Positions 50,401 through 62,700 of a stretch of DNA of 64,000 nucleotides are shown here, in pieces. Position numbers and translations under genes: made by a program. This stretch comes from the human T2T-CHM13v2.0 reference genome, Homo sapiens: assembly GCF_009914755.1 (NCBI RefSeq), contig NC_060938.1, one strand, 5' to 3'. Position 1 is the first letter of the stretch; the number at the start of each line of letters is the position of its first letter. The notes beneath the pieces are model-generated. The model ran no database searches and was not told the origin of the DNA. It was given only the letters and a program-made list of their open reading frames with translations.

Positions 50401-51759
50401 ATTTAGAAAGGAGGGGGGGTCAGAGGAATAGAAAGGGATAGGACTGAAGAACAGAGGTCGCTGTATTTAGAAAGGAGGCGGGGTCAGAGGAATAGAAAGG
50501 GACAGGGCTGAAGAACACAGGTCGCTGCATTTAGAAAGGAGGCGGGGTCAGAGGAATAGAAAGGGATAGGGCTGAAGAACACAGGTCGCTGCATTTAGAA
50601 AGGAGGCGGGGTCAGAGGAATAGAAAGGGACAGGGCTGAAGAACAGAGGTCGCTGCATTTAGAAAGGAGGCGGGGTCAGAGGAATAGAAAGGGACAGGGC
50701 TGAAGAACACAGGTCGCTGCATTTAGAAAGGAGGCGGGGTCAGAGGAATAGAAAGGGACAGGGCTGAAGAACACAGGTCGCTGCATTTAGAAAGGAGGCG
50801 GGGTCAGAGGAATAGAAACGGATAGGGCTGAAGAACAGAGGTCGCTGCATTTAGAAAGGAGGCGGGGTCAGAGGAATAGAAAGGGACAGGGCTGAAGAAC
50901 ACAGGTCGCTGCATTTAGAAAGGAGGCGGGGTCAGAGGAATAGAAAGGGACAGGGCTGAAGAACACAGGTCGCTGCATTTAGAAAGGAGGCGGGGTCAGA
51001 GGAATAGAAAGGGATAGGGCTGAAGAACACAGGTCGCTGCATTTAGAAAGGAGGCGGGGTCAGAGGAATAGAAAGGGATAGGCCTGAAGAACACAGGTCG
51101 CTGCATTTAGAAAGGAGGCGGGGTCAGAGGAATAGAAAGGGATAAGGCTGAAGAACACAGGTCGCTGCATTTAGAAAGGAGGCGGGGTCAGAGGAATAGA
51201 AAGGGATAGGGCTGAAGAACACAGGTCGCTGCATTTAGAAAGGAGGCGGGGTCAGAGGAATAGAAAGGGATAGGCCTGAAGAACACAGGTCGCTGCATTT
51301 AGAAAGGAGGCGGGGTCAGAGGAATAGAAAGGGACAGGGCTGAAGAACACAGGTCGCTGCATTTAGAAAGGAGGCGGGGTTAGAGGAATAGAAAGGGACA
51401 GGGCTGAAGAACACAGGTCGCTGCATTTAGAAAGGAGGCGGGGTCAGAGGAATAGAAAGGGACAGGGCTGAAGAACACAGGTCGCTGCATTTAGAAAGGA
51501 GGCGGGGTCAGAGGAATAGAAAGGGATAGGGCTGAAGAACACAGGTCGCTGCATTTAGAAAGGAGGCGGGGTCAGAGGAATAGAAAGGGATAGGGCTGAA
51601 GAACACAGGTCGCTGCATTTAGAAAGGAGGCGGGGTCAGAGGAATAGAAAGGGACAGGGCTGAAGAACACAGGTCGCTGCATTTAGAAAGGAGGCGGGGT
51701 CAGAGGAATAGAAAGGGACAGGGCTGAAGAACACAGGTCGCTGCATTTAGAAAGGAGGC

Positions 51760-54300
51760 GGGGTCAGAGGAATAGAAAGGGATAGGGCTGAAGAACAGAG
51801 GTCGCTGCATTTAGAAAGGAGGCGGGGTCAGTAGAATAGAAAGGGACAGGACAGAAGAACACAGGTCGCTGCATTTAGAAAGGAGGCGGGGTCAGAGGAA
51901 TAGAAAGGGATAGGGCTGAAGAACAGAGGTCGCTGCATTTAGAAAGGAGGCGGGGTCAGAGGAATAGAAAGGGATGGGGCTGAAGAACAGAGGTCGCTGC
52001 ATTTAGAAAGGAGGCGGGGTCAGAGGAATAGAAAGGGATAGGGGTGAAGAACAGAGGTCACTGCATTTAGAAAGGAGGCGGGGTTAGAGGAATAGAAAGG
52101 GACAGGGCTGAAGAACACAGGTCGCTGCATTTAGAAAGGAGGCGGGGTCAGAGGAATAGAAAGGGATAGGGGTGAAGAACAGAGGTCACTGCATTTAGAA
52201 AGGAGGCGGGGTTAGAGGAATAGAAAGGGACAGGGCTGAAGAACACAGGTCGCTGCATTTAGAAAGGAGGCGGGGTCAGAGGAATAGAAAGGGATAGGGC
52301 TGAAGAACAGAGGTCGCTGCATTTAGAAAGGAGGCGGGGTCAGAGGAATAGAAAGGGATAGGGCTGAAGAACACAGGTCGCTGCATTTAGAAAGGAGGCG
52401 GGGTCAGAGGAATAGAAAGGGACAGGGCTGAAGAACACAGGTCGCTGCATTTAGAAAGGAGGCGGGGTCAGAGGAATAGAAAGGGATAGGCCTGAAGAAC
52501 AGAGGTCGCTGCATTTAGAAAGGAGGCGGGGTCAGAGGAATAGAAAGGGATAGGGATGAAGAACACAGGTCGCTGCATTTAGAAAGGAGGCGGGGTCAGA
52601 GGAATAGAAAGGGATAGGGCTGAAGAACACAGGTCGCTGCATTTAGAAAGGAGGCGGGGTCAGAGGAATAGAAAGGGATAGGGATGAAGAACAGAGGTCG
52701 CTGCATTTAGAAAGGAGGCGGGGTCAGAGGAATAGAAAGGGATAGGCCTGAAGAACAGAGGTCGCTGCATTTAGAAAGGAGGCGGGGTCAGAGGAATAGA
52801 AAGGGACAGGGCTGAAGAACACAGGTCGCTGCATTTAGAAAGGAGGCGGGGTCAGAGGAATAGAAAGGGATAGGGCTGAAGAACACAGGTCGCTGCATTT
52901 AGAAAGGAGGCGGGGTCAGAGGAATAGAAAGGGATAGGGCTGAAGAACACAGGTCGCTGCATTTAGAAAGGAGGCGGGGTCAGAGGAATAGAAAGGGACA
53001 GGGCTGAAGAACACAGGTCGCTGCATTTAGAAAGGAGGCGGGGTCAGAGGAATAGAAAGGGATAGGGCTGAAGAACACAGGTCGCTGCATTTAGAAAGGA
53101 GGCGGGGTCAGAGGAATAGAAAGGGATAGGGCTGAAGAACAGAGGTCGCTGCATTTAGAAAGGAGGCGGGGTCAGTAGAATAGAAAGGGACAGGACAGAA
53201 GAACACAGGTCGCTGCATTTAGAAAGGAGGCGGGGTCAGAGGAATAGAAAGGGATAGGGCTGAAGAACAGAGGTCGCTGCATTTAGAAAGGAGGCGGGGT
53301 CAGAGGAATAGAAAGGGATAGGGGTGAAGAACAGAGGTCACTGCATTTAGAAAGGAGGCGGGGTTAGAGGAATAGAAAGGGACAGGGCTGAAGAACACAG
53401 GTCGCTGCATTTAGAAAGGAGGCGGGGTCAGAGGAATAGAAAGGGATAGGGGTGAAGAACAGAGGTCACTGCATTTAGAAAGGAGGCGGGGTTAGAGGAA
53501 TAGAAAGGGACAGGGCTGAAGAACACAGGTCGCTGCATTTAGAAAGGAGGCGGGGTCAGAGGAATAGAAAGGGATAGGGCTGAAGAACAGAGGTCGCTGC
53601 ATTTAGAAAGGAGGCGGGGTCAGAGGAATAGAAAGGGATAGGGCTGAAGAACACAGGTCGCTGCATTTAGAAAGGAGGCGGGGTCAGAGGAATAGAAAGG
53701 GACAGGGCTGAAGAACACAGGTCGCTGCATTTAGAAAGGAGGCGGGGTCAGAGGAATAGAAAGGGATAGGCCTGAAGAACAGAGGTCGCTGCATTTAGAA
53801 AGGAGGCGGGGTCAGAGGAATAGAAAGGGATAGGGATGAAGAACACAGGTCGCTGCATTTAGAAAGGAGGCGGGGTCAGAGGAATAGAAAGGGATAGGGC
53901 TGAAGAACACAGGTCGCTGCATTTAGAAAGGAGGCGGGGTCAGAGGAATAGAAAGGGATAGGGATGAAGAACAGAGGTCGCTGCATTTAGAAAGGAGGCG
54001 GGGTCAGAGGAATAGAAAGGGATAGGCCTGAAGAACAGAGGTCGCTGCATTTAGAAAGGAGGCGGGGTCAGAGGAATAGAAAGGGACAGGGCTGAAGAAC
54101 ACAGGTCGCTGCATTTAGAAAGGAGGCGGGGTCAGAGGAATAGAAAGGGATAGGGCTGAAGAACACAGGTCGCTGCATTTAGAAAGGAGGCGGGGTCAGA
54201 GGAATAGAAAGGGATAGGGCTGAAGAACACAGGTCGCTGCATTTAGAAAGGAGGCGGGGTCAGAGGAATAGAAAGGGATAGGGCTGAAGAACACAGGTCG
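51760..54300 (+). repeat. Tandem duplication of a ~20-21-monomer block
   Basis: CAGTAGAA occurs at 51832 and 53176 (offset 1344 = 21 monomers). The paired GGGGTGAAG..GGTCACTG..GGTTAG cassettes at 52041/52171 and 53321/53451 have offset 1280 = 20 monomers. Boundaries are approximate. Confidence 0.85.
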
Positions 54301-56780
54301 CTGCATTTAGAAAGGAGGCGGGGTCAGAGGAATAGAAAGGGACAGGGCTGAAGAACACAGGTCGCTGCATTTAGAAAGGAGGCGGGGTCAGAGGAATAGA
54401 AAGGGATAGGACTGAAGAACACAGGTCGCTGCATTTAGAAAGGAGGCGGGGTCAGAGGAATAGAAAGGGACAGGGCTGAAGAACACAGGTCGCTGCATTT
54501 AGAAAGGAGGCGGGGTCAGAGGAATAGAAAGGGATAGGCCTGAAGAACACAGGTCGCTGCATTTAGAAAGGAGGCGGGGTCAGAGGAATAGAAAGGGATA
54601 GGGCTGAAGAACACAGGTCGCTGCATTTAGAAAGGAGGCGGGGTCAGAGGAATAGAAAGGGACAGGGCTGAAGAACACAGGTCGCTGCATTTAGAAAGGA
54701 GGCGGGGTCAGTAGAATAGAAAGGGACAGGACAGAAGAACACAGGTCGCTGCATTTAGAAAGGAGGCGGGGTCAGAGGAATAGAAAGGGACAGGGCTGAA
54801 GAACAGAGGTCGCTGCATTTAGAAATGAGGCGGGGTCAGAGGAATAGAAAGGGACAGGGCTGAAGAACACAGGTCGCTGCATTTAGAAAGGAGGCGGGGT
54901 CAGAGGAATAGAAAGGGACAGGGCTGAAGAACAGAGGTCGCTGCATTTAGAAATGAGGCGGGGTCAGAGGAATAGAAAGGGACAGGACTGAAGAACACAG
55001 GTCGCTTCATTTAGAAAGGAGGCGGGGTCAGAGGAATAGAAACGGACAGGGCTGAAGAACACAGGTCGCTGCATTTAGAAAAGAGGCGGGGTCAGAGGAA
55101 TAGAAAGGGACAGGGCTGAAGAACAGAGGTCGCTGCATTTAGAAATGAGGCGGGGTCAGAGGAATAGAAAGGGACAGGGCTGAAGAACACAGGTCGCTGC
55201 ATTTAGAAAGGAGGCGGGGTCAGAGGAATAGAAAGGGACAGGGCTGAAGAACACAGGTCGCTGCATTTAGAAAGGAGGCGGGGTCAGAGGAATAGAAAGG
55301 GACAGGGCTGAAGAACACAGGTCGCTGCATTTAGAAAGGAGGCGGGGTCAGAGGAATAGAAAGGGACAGGGCTGAAGAACACAGGTCGCTGCATTTAGAA
55401 AGGAGGCGGGGTCAGAGGAATAGAAAGGGACAGGGCTGAAGAACACAGGTCGCTGCATTTAGAAAGGAGGCGGGGTCAGAGGAATAGAAAGGGATAGGAC
55501 TGAAGAACACAGGTCGCTGCATTTAGAAAGGAGGCGGGGTCAGAGGAATAGAAAGGGATAGGCCTGAAGAACACAGGTCGCTGCATTTAGAAAGGAGGCG
55601 GGGTCAGAGGAATAGAAAGGGATAGGGCTGAAGAACAGAGGTCGCTGCATTTAGAAAGGAGGCGGGGTCAGAGGAATAGAAAGGGATAGGGATGAAGAAC
55701 AGAGGTCGCTGCATTTAGAAAGGAGGCGGGGTCAGAGGAATAGAAAGGGATAGGCCTGAAGAACAGAGGTCGCTGCATTTAGAAAGGAGGCGGGGTCAGA
55801 GGAATAGAAAGGGACAGGGCTGAAGAACACAGGTCGCTGCATTTAGAAAGGAGGCGGGGTCAGAGGAATAGAAAGGGACAGGGCTGAAGAACACAGGTCG
55901 CTGCATTTAGAAAGGAGGCGGGGTCAGAGGAATAGAAAGGGACAGGGCTGAAGAACAGAGGTCGCTGCATTTAGAAAGGAGGCGGGGTCAGAGGAATAGA
56001 AAGGGATAGGGCTGAAGAACACAGGTCGCTGCATTTAGAAAGGAGGCGGGGTCAGAGGAATAGAAAGGGATAGGACTGAAGAACACAGGTCGCTGCATTT
56101 AGAAAGGAGGCGGGGTCAGAGGAATAGAAAGGGATAGGGCTGAAGAACACAGGTCGCTGCATTTAGAAAGGAGGCGGGGTCAGAGGAATAGAAAGGGATA
56201 GGCCTGAAGAACACAGGTCGCTGCATTTAGAAAGGAGGCGGGGTCAGAGGAATAGAAAGGGATAGGGCTGAAGAACAGAGGTCGCTGCATTTAGAAAGGA
56301 GGCGGGGTCAGAGGAATAGAAAGGGATAGGGCTGAAGAACACAGGTCGCTGCATTTAGAAAGGAGGCGGGGTCAGAGGAATAGAAAGGGATAGTCCTGAA
56401 GAACACAGGTCGCTGCATTTAGAAAGGAGGGGGGTCAGAGGAATAGAAAGGGACAGGGCTGAAGAACACAGGTCGCTGCATTTAGAAAGGAGGCGGGGTC
56501 AGAGGAATAGAAAGGGACGGGGCTGAAGAACACAGGTCGCTGCATTTAGAAAGGAGGCGGGGTCAGAGGAATAGAAAGGGATAGGGCTGAAGAACAGAGG
56601 TCGCTGCATTTAGAAAGGAGGCGGGGTCAGAGGAATAGAAAGGGATAGGCCTGAAGAACAGAGGTCGCTGCATTTAGAAAGGAGGCGGGGTTAGAGGAAT
56701 AGAAAGGGACAGGGCTGAAGAACACAGGTCGCTGCATTTAGAAAGGAGGCGGGGTCAGAGGAATAGAAAGGGATAGGGCT

Positions 56781-59700
56781 GAAGAACACAGGTCGCTGCA
56801 TTTAGAAAGGAGGCGGGGTCAGAGGAATAGAAAGAGACAGGGCTGAAGAACACAGGTCGCTGCATTTAGAAAGGAGGCGGGGTCAGAGGAATAGAAAGGG
56901 ACAGGGCTGAAGAACACAGGTCGCTGCATTTAGAAAGGAGGCGGGGTCAGAGGAATAGAAAGGGATAGAGCTGAAGAACAGAGGTCGCTGCATTTAGAAA
57001 GGAGGCGGGGTCAGAGGAATAGAAAGGGACAGGGCTGAAGAACACAGGTCGCTGCATTTAGAAAGGAGGCGGGGTCAGAGGAATAGAAAGGGACAGGGCT
57101 GAAGAACACAGGTCGCTGCATTTAGAAAGGAGGCGGGGTCAGAGGAATAGAAAGGGATAGGGCTGAAGAACACAGGTCGCTGCATTTAGAAAGGAGGCGG
57201 GGTCAGAGGAATAGAAACGGATAGGGCTGAAAAACAGAGGTCGCTGCATTTAGAAAGGAGGCGGGGTCAGAGGAATAGAAAGGGATAGGGCTGAAGAACA
57301 CAGGTCGCTGCATTTAGAAAGGAAGCGGGGTCAGAGGAATAGAAAGGGACAGGGCTGAAGAACACACGTCGCTGCATTTAGAAAGGAGGCGGGGTCAGAG
57401 GAATAGAAAGGGATAGGGCTGAAGAACAGAGGTCGCTGCATTTAGAAAGGAGGCGGGGTCAGAGGAATAGAAAGGGATAGGCCTGAAGAACACAGGTCGC
57501 TGCATTTAGAAAGGAGGCGGGGTCAGAGGAATAGAAAGGGATAGGGCTGAAGAACAGAGGTCGCTGCATTTAGAAAGGAGGCGGGGTCAGAGGAATAGAA
57601 AGGGACAGGGCCTGAAGAACACAGGTCGCTGCATTTAGAAAGGAGGCGGGGTCAGAGGAATAGAAAGGGATAAGGCTGAAGAACACAGGTCGCTGCATTT
57701 AGAAAGGAGGCGGGGTCAGAGGAATAGAAAGGGATAGGGCTGAAGAACACAGGTCGCTGCATTTAGAAAGGAGGCGGGGTCAGAGGAATAGAAAGGGATA
57801 GGGCTGAAGAACACAGGTCGCTGCATTTAGAAAGGAGGCGGGGTCAGAGGAATAGAAAGGGATAGGGCTGAAGAACACAGGTCGCTGCATTTAGAAAGGA
57901 GGCGGGGTTAGAGGAATAGAAAGGGACAGGGCTGAAGAACACAGGTCGATGCATTTAGAAAGGAGGCGGGGTCAGAGGAATAGAAAGGGACAGGGCTGAA
58001 GAACACAGGTCGCTGCATTTAGAAAGGAGGCGGGGTCAGAGGAATAGAAAGGGACAGGGCTGAAGAACACAGGTCGCTGCATTTAGAAAGGAGGCGGGGT
58101 CAGAGGAATAGAAAGGGACACGGCTGAAGAACACAGGTCGCTGCATTTAGAAAGGAGGCGGGGTCAGAGGAATAGAAAGGGATAGGCCTGAAGAACACAG
58201 GTCGCTGCATTTAGAAAGGAGGCGGGGTCAGAGGAATAGAAAGGGATAGGGCTGAAGAACACAGGTCGCTGCATTTAGAAAGGAGGCGGGGTCAGAGGAA
58301 TAGAAAGGGATAGGGCTGAAGAACACAGGTCGCTGCATTTAGAAAGGAGGCGGGGTTAGAGGAATAGAAAGGGACAGGGCTGAAGAACACAGGTCGCTGC
58401 ATTTAGAAAGGAGGCGGGGTCAGAGGAATAGAAAGGGACAGGGCTGAAGAACACAGGTCGCTGCATTTAGAAAGGAGGCGGGGTCAGAGGAATAGAAAGG
58501 GACAGGGCTGAAGAACACAGGTCGCTGCATTTAGAAAGGAGGCGGGGTCAGAGGAATAGAAAGGGACAGGGCTGAAGAACACAGGTCGCTGCATTTAGAA
58601 AGGAGGCGGGGTCAGAGGAATAGAAAGGGACAGGGCTGAAGAACACAGGTCGCTGCATTTAGAAAGGAGGCGGGGTCAGAGGAATAGAAAGGGATAGGCC
58701 TGAAGAACACAGGTCGCTGCATTTAGAAAGGAGGCGGGGTCAGAGGAATAGAAAGGGACAGGGCTGAAGAACACAGGTCGCTGCATTTAGAAAGGAGGCG
58801 GGGTCAGAGGAATAGAAAGGGACAGGGCTGAAGAACACAGGTCGCTGCATTTAGAAAGGAGGCGGGGTCAGAGGAATAGAAAGGGATAGGCCTGAAGAAC
58901 ACAGGTCGCTGCATTTAAAAAGGAGGCGGGGTCAGAGGAATAGAAAGGGATAGGGCTGAAGAACAGAGGTCGCTGCATTTAGAAAGGAGGCGGGGTCAGA
59001 GGAATAGAAAGGGATAGGCCTGAAGAACACAGGTCGCTGCATTTAGAAAGGAGGCGGGGTCAGAGGAATAGAATGGGATAGGACTGAAGAACAGAGGTCG
59101 CTGCATTTAGAAAGGAGGCGGGGTCAGAGGAATAGAAAGGGACAGGGCTGAAGAACACAGGTCGCTGCATTTAGAAAGGAGGCGGGGTCAGAGGAATAGA
59201 AAGGGACAGGACTGAAGAACACAGGTCGCTGCATTTAGAAAGTAGGCGGGGTCAGAGGAATAGAAAGGGACAGGGCTGAAGAACACAGGTCGCTGCATTT
59301 AGAAAGGAGGCGGGGTCAGAGGAATAGAAAGGGACAGGGCTGAAGAACAGAGGTCGCTGCATTTAGAAAGGAGGCGGGGTCAGAGGAATAGAAAGGGACA
59401 GGGCTGAAGAACACAGGTCGCTGCATTTAGAAAGGAGGCGGGGTCAGAGGAATAGAAAGGGACAGGGCTGAAGAACACAGGTCGCTGCATTTAGAAAGGA
59501 GGCGGGGTCAGAGGAATAGAAAGGGACAGGGCTGAAGAACACAGGTCGCTGCATTTAGAAAGGAGGCGGGGTCAGAGGAATAGAAAGGGACAGGGCTGAA
59601 GAACACAGGTCGCTGCATTTAGAAAGGAGGCGGGGTCAGAGGAATAGAAAGGGACAGGGCTGAAGAACAGAGGTCGCTGCATTTAGAAAGGAGGCGGGGT

Positions 59701-62700
59701 CAGAGGAATAGAAAGGGACAGGGCTGAAGAACAGAGGTCGCTGCATTTAGAAAGGAGGCGGTGTCAGAGGAATAGAAAGGGATAGGACTGAAGAACACAG
59801 GTCGCTGCATTTAGAAAGGAGGCGGGGTCAGAGGAATAGAAAGGGATAGGCCTGAAGAACACAGGTCGCTGCATTTAGAAAGGAGGGGGTTCAGAGGAAT
59901 AGAAAGGGACAGGGCTGAAGAACAGAGGTCGCTGCATTTAGAAAGGAGGCGGGGTCAGAGGAATAGAAAGGGTCAGGGCTGAAGAACACAGGTCGCTGCA
60001 TTTAGAAAGGAGGCGGGGTCAGAGGAATAGAAAGGGATAGGCCTGAAGAACACAGGTCGCTGCATTTAGAAAGGAGGCGGGGTCAGAGGAATAGAAAGGT
60101 ACAGGGCTGAAGAACAGAGGTCGCTGCATTTAGAAAGGAGGCGGGGTCAGAGGAATAGAAAGGGACAGGGCTGAAGAACAGAGGTCGCTGCATTTAGAAA
60201 GGAGGCGGGTTCAGAGGAATAGAAAGGGACAGGACAGAAGAACACAGGTCGCTGCATTTAGAAAGGAGGCGGGGTCAGAGGAATAGAAAGGGACAGGGCT
60301 GAAGAACACAGGTCGCTGCATTTAGAAAGGAGGCGGGGTCAGAGGAATAGAAAGGGACAGGGCTGAAGAACACAGGTCGCTGCATTTAGAAAGGAGGCGG
60401 GGTCAGAGGAATAGAAAGGGACAGGGCTGAAGAACACAGGTCGCTGCATTTAGAAAGGAGGCGGGGTCAGAGGAATAGAAAGGGACAGGGCTGAAGAACA
60501 GAGGTCGCTGCATTTAGAAAGGAGGCGGGGTCAGAGGAATAGAAAGGGATAGGCCTGAAGAACAGAGGTCGCTGCATTTAGAAAGGAGGCGGGGTCAGAG
60601 GAATAGAAAGGGATAGGGATGAAGAACACAGGTCGCTGCATTTAGAAAGGAGGCGGGGTCACAGGAATAGAAAGGGATAGGGATGAAGAACAGAGGTCGC
60701 TGCATTTAGAAAGGAGGCGCGGTCAGAGGAATAGAAAGGGATAGGGATGAAGAACAGAGGTCGCTGCATTTAGAAAGGAGGCGGGGTCAGAGGAATAGAA
60801 AGGGATAGGCCTGAAGAACAGAGGTCGCTGCATTTAGAAAGGAGGCGGGGTCAGAGGAATAGAAAGGGACAGGGCTGAAGAACACAGGTCGCTGCATTTA
60901 GAAAGGAGGCGGGGTCAGAGGAATAGAAAGGGATAGGGCTGAAGAACACAGGTCGCTGCATTTAGAAAGGAGGCGGGGTCAGAGGAATAGAAAGGGACAG
61001 GGCTGAAGAACACAGGTCGCTGCATTTAGAAAGGAGGCGGAGTCAGAGGAATAGAAAGGGATAGGACTGAAGAACAGAGGTCGCTGCATTTAGAAAGGAG
61101 GCGGGGTCAGAGGAATAGAAAGGGACAGGGCTGAAGAACACAGGTCGCTGCATTTAGAAAGGAGGCGGGGTCAGAGGAATAGAAAGGGACAGGGCTGAAG
61201 AACACAGGTCGCTGCATTTAGAAAGGAGGCGGGGTCAGAGGAATAGAAAGGGACAGGACTGAAGAACACAGGTCGCTGCATTTAGAAAGGAGGCGGGGTC
61301 AGAGGAATAGAAAGGGACAGGGCTGAAGAACACAGGTCGCTGCATTTAGAAAGGAGGCGGGGTCAGAGGAATAGAAAGGGACAGGGCTGAAGAACAGAGG
61401 TCGCTGCATTTAGAAAGGAGGCGGGGTCAGAGGAATAGAAAGGGACAGGGCTGAAGAACACAGGTCGCTGCATTTAGAAAGGAGGCGGGGTCAGAGGAAT
61501 AGAAAGGGACAGGGCTGAAGAACACAGGTCACTGCATTTAGAAAGGAGGCGGGGTCAGAGGAATAGAAAGGGACAGGGCTGAAGAACACAGGTCGCTGCA
61601 TTTAGAAAGGAGGCGGGGTCAGAGGAATAGAAAGGGACAGGGCTGAAGAACACAGGTCGCTGCATTTAGAAAGGAGGCGGGGTCAGAGGAATAGAAAGGG
61701 ACAGGGCTGAAGAACACAGGTCGCTGCATTTAGAAAGGAGGCGGGCTCAGAGGAATAGAAAGGGATAGGACTGAAGAACACAGGTCGCTGCATTTAGAAA
61801 GGAGGCGGGGTCAGAGGAATAGAAAGGGATAGGACAGAAGAACACAGGTCGCTGCATTTAGAAAGGAGGCGGGGTCAGAGGAATAGAAAGGGATGGGGCT
61901 GAAGAACAGAGGTCGCTGCATTTAGAAAGGAGGCGGGGTCAGAGGAATAGAAAGGGATAGGGCTGAAGAACACAGGTCGCTGCCTTTAGAAAGGAGGCGG
62001 GGTCAGAGGAATAGAAAGGGATAGGGCTGAAGAACAGAGGTCGCTTCATTTAGAAAGGAGGCGGGGTCAGAGGAATAGAAAGGGACAGGGCTGAAGAACA
62101 GAGGTCGCTGCATTTAGAAAGGAGGCGGGGTCAGAGGAATAGAAAGGGACAGGGCTGAATAACAGAGGTCGCTGCATTTAGAAAGGAGGCGGGGTCAGAG
62201 GAATAGAAAGGGACAGGGCTGAAGAACACAGGTCGCTGCATTTAGAAAGGAGGCGGGGTCAGAGGAATAGAAAGGGACAGGGCTGAAGAACAGAGGTCGC
62301 TGCATTTAGAAAGGAGGCGGGGTCAGAGGAATAGAAAGGGATAGGGCTGAAGAACACAGGTCGCTGCATTTAGAAAGGAGGCGGGGTCAGAGGAATAGAA
62401 AGGGATAGGGCTGAAGAACAGAGGTCGCTTCATTTAGAAACGAGGCGGGGTCAGAGGAATAGAAAGGGATAGGACTGAAGAACACAGGTCGCTGCATTTA
62501 GAAAGGAGGCGGGGTCAGAGGAATAGAAAGGGATAGGCCTGAAGAACACAGGTCGCTGCATTTAGAAAGGAGGCGGGGTCAGAGGAATAGAAAGGGACAG
62601 GGCTGAAGAACAGAGGTCGCTGCATTTAGAAAGGAGGCGGGGTCAGAGGAATAGAAAGGGACAGGACAGAAGAACACAGGTCGCTGCATGTAGAAAGGAG

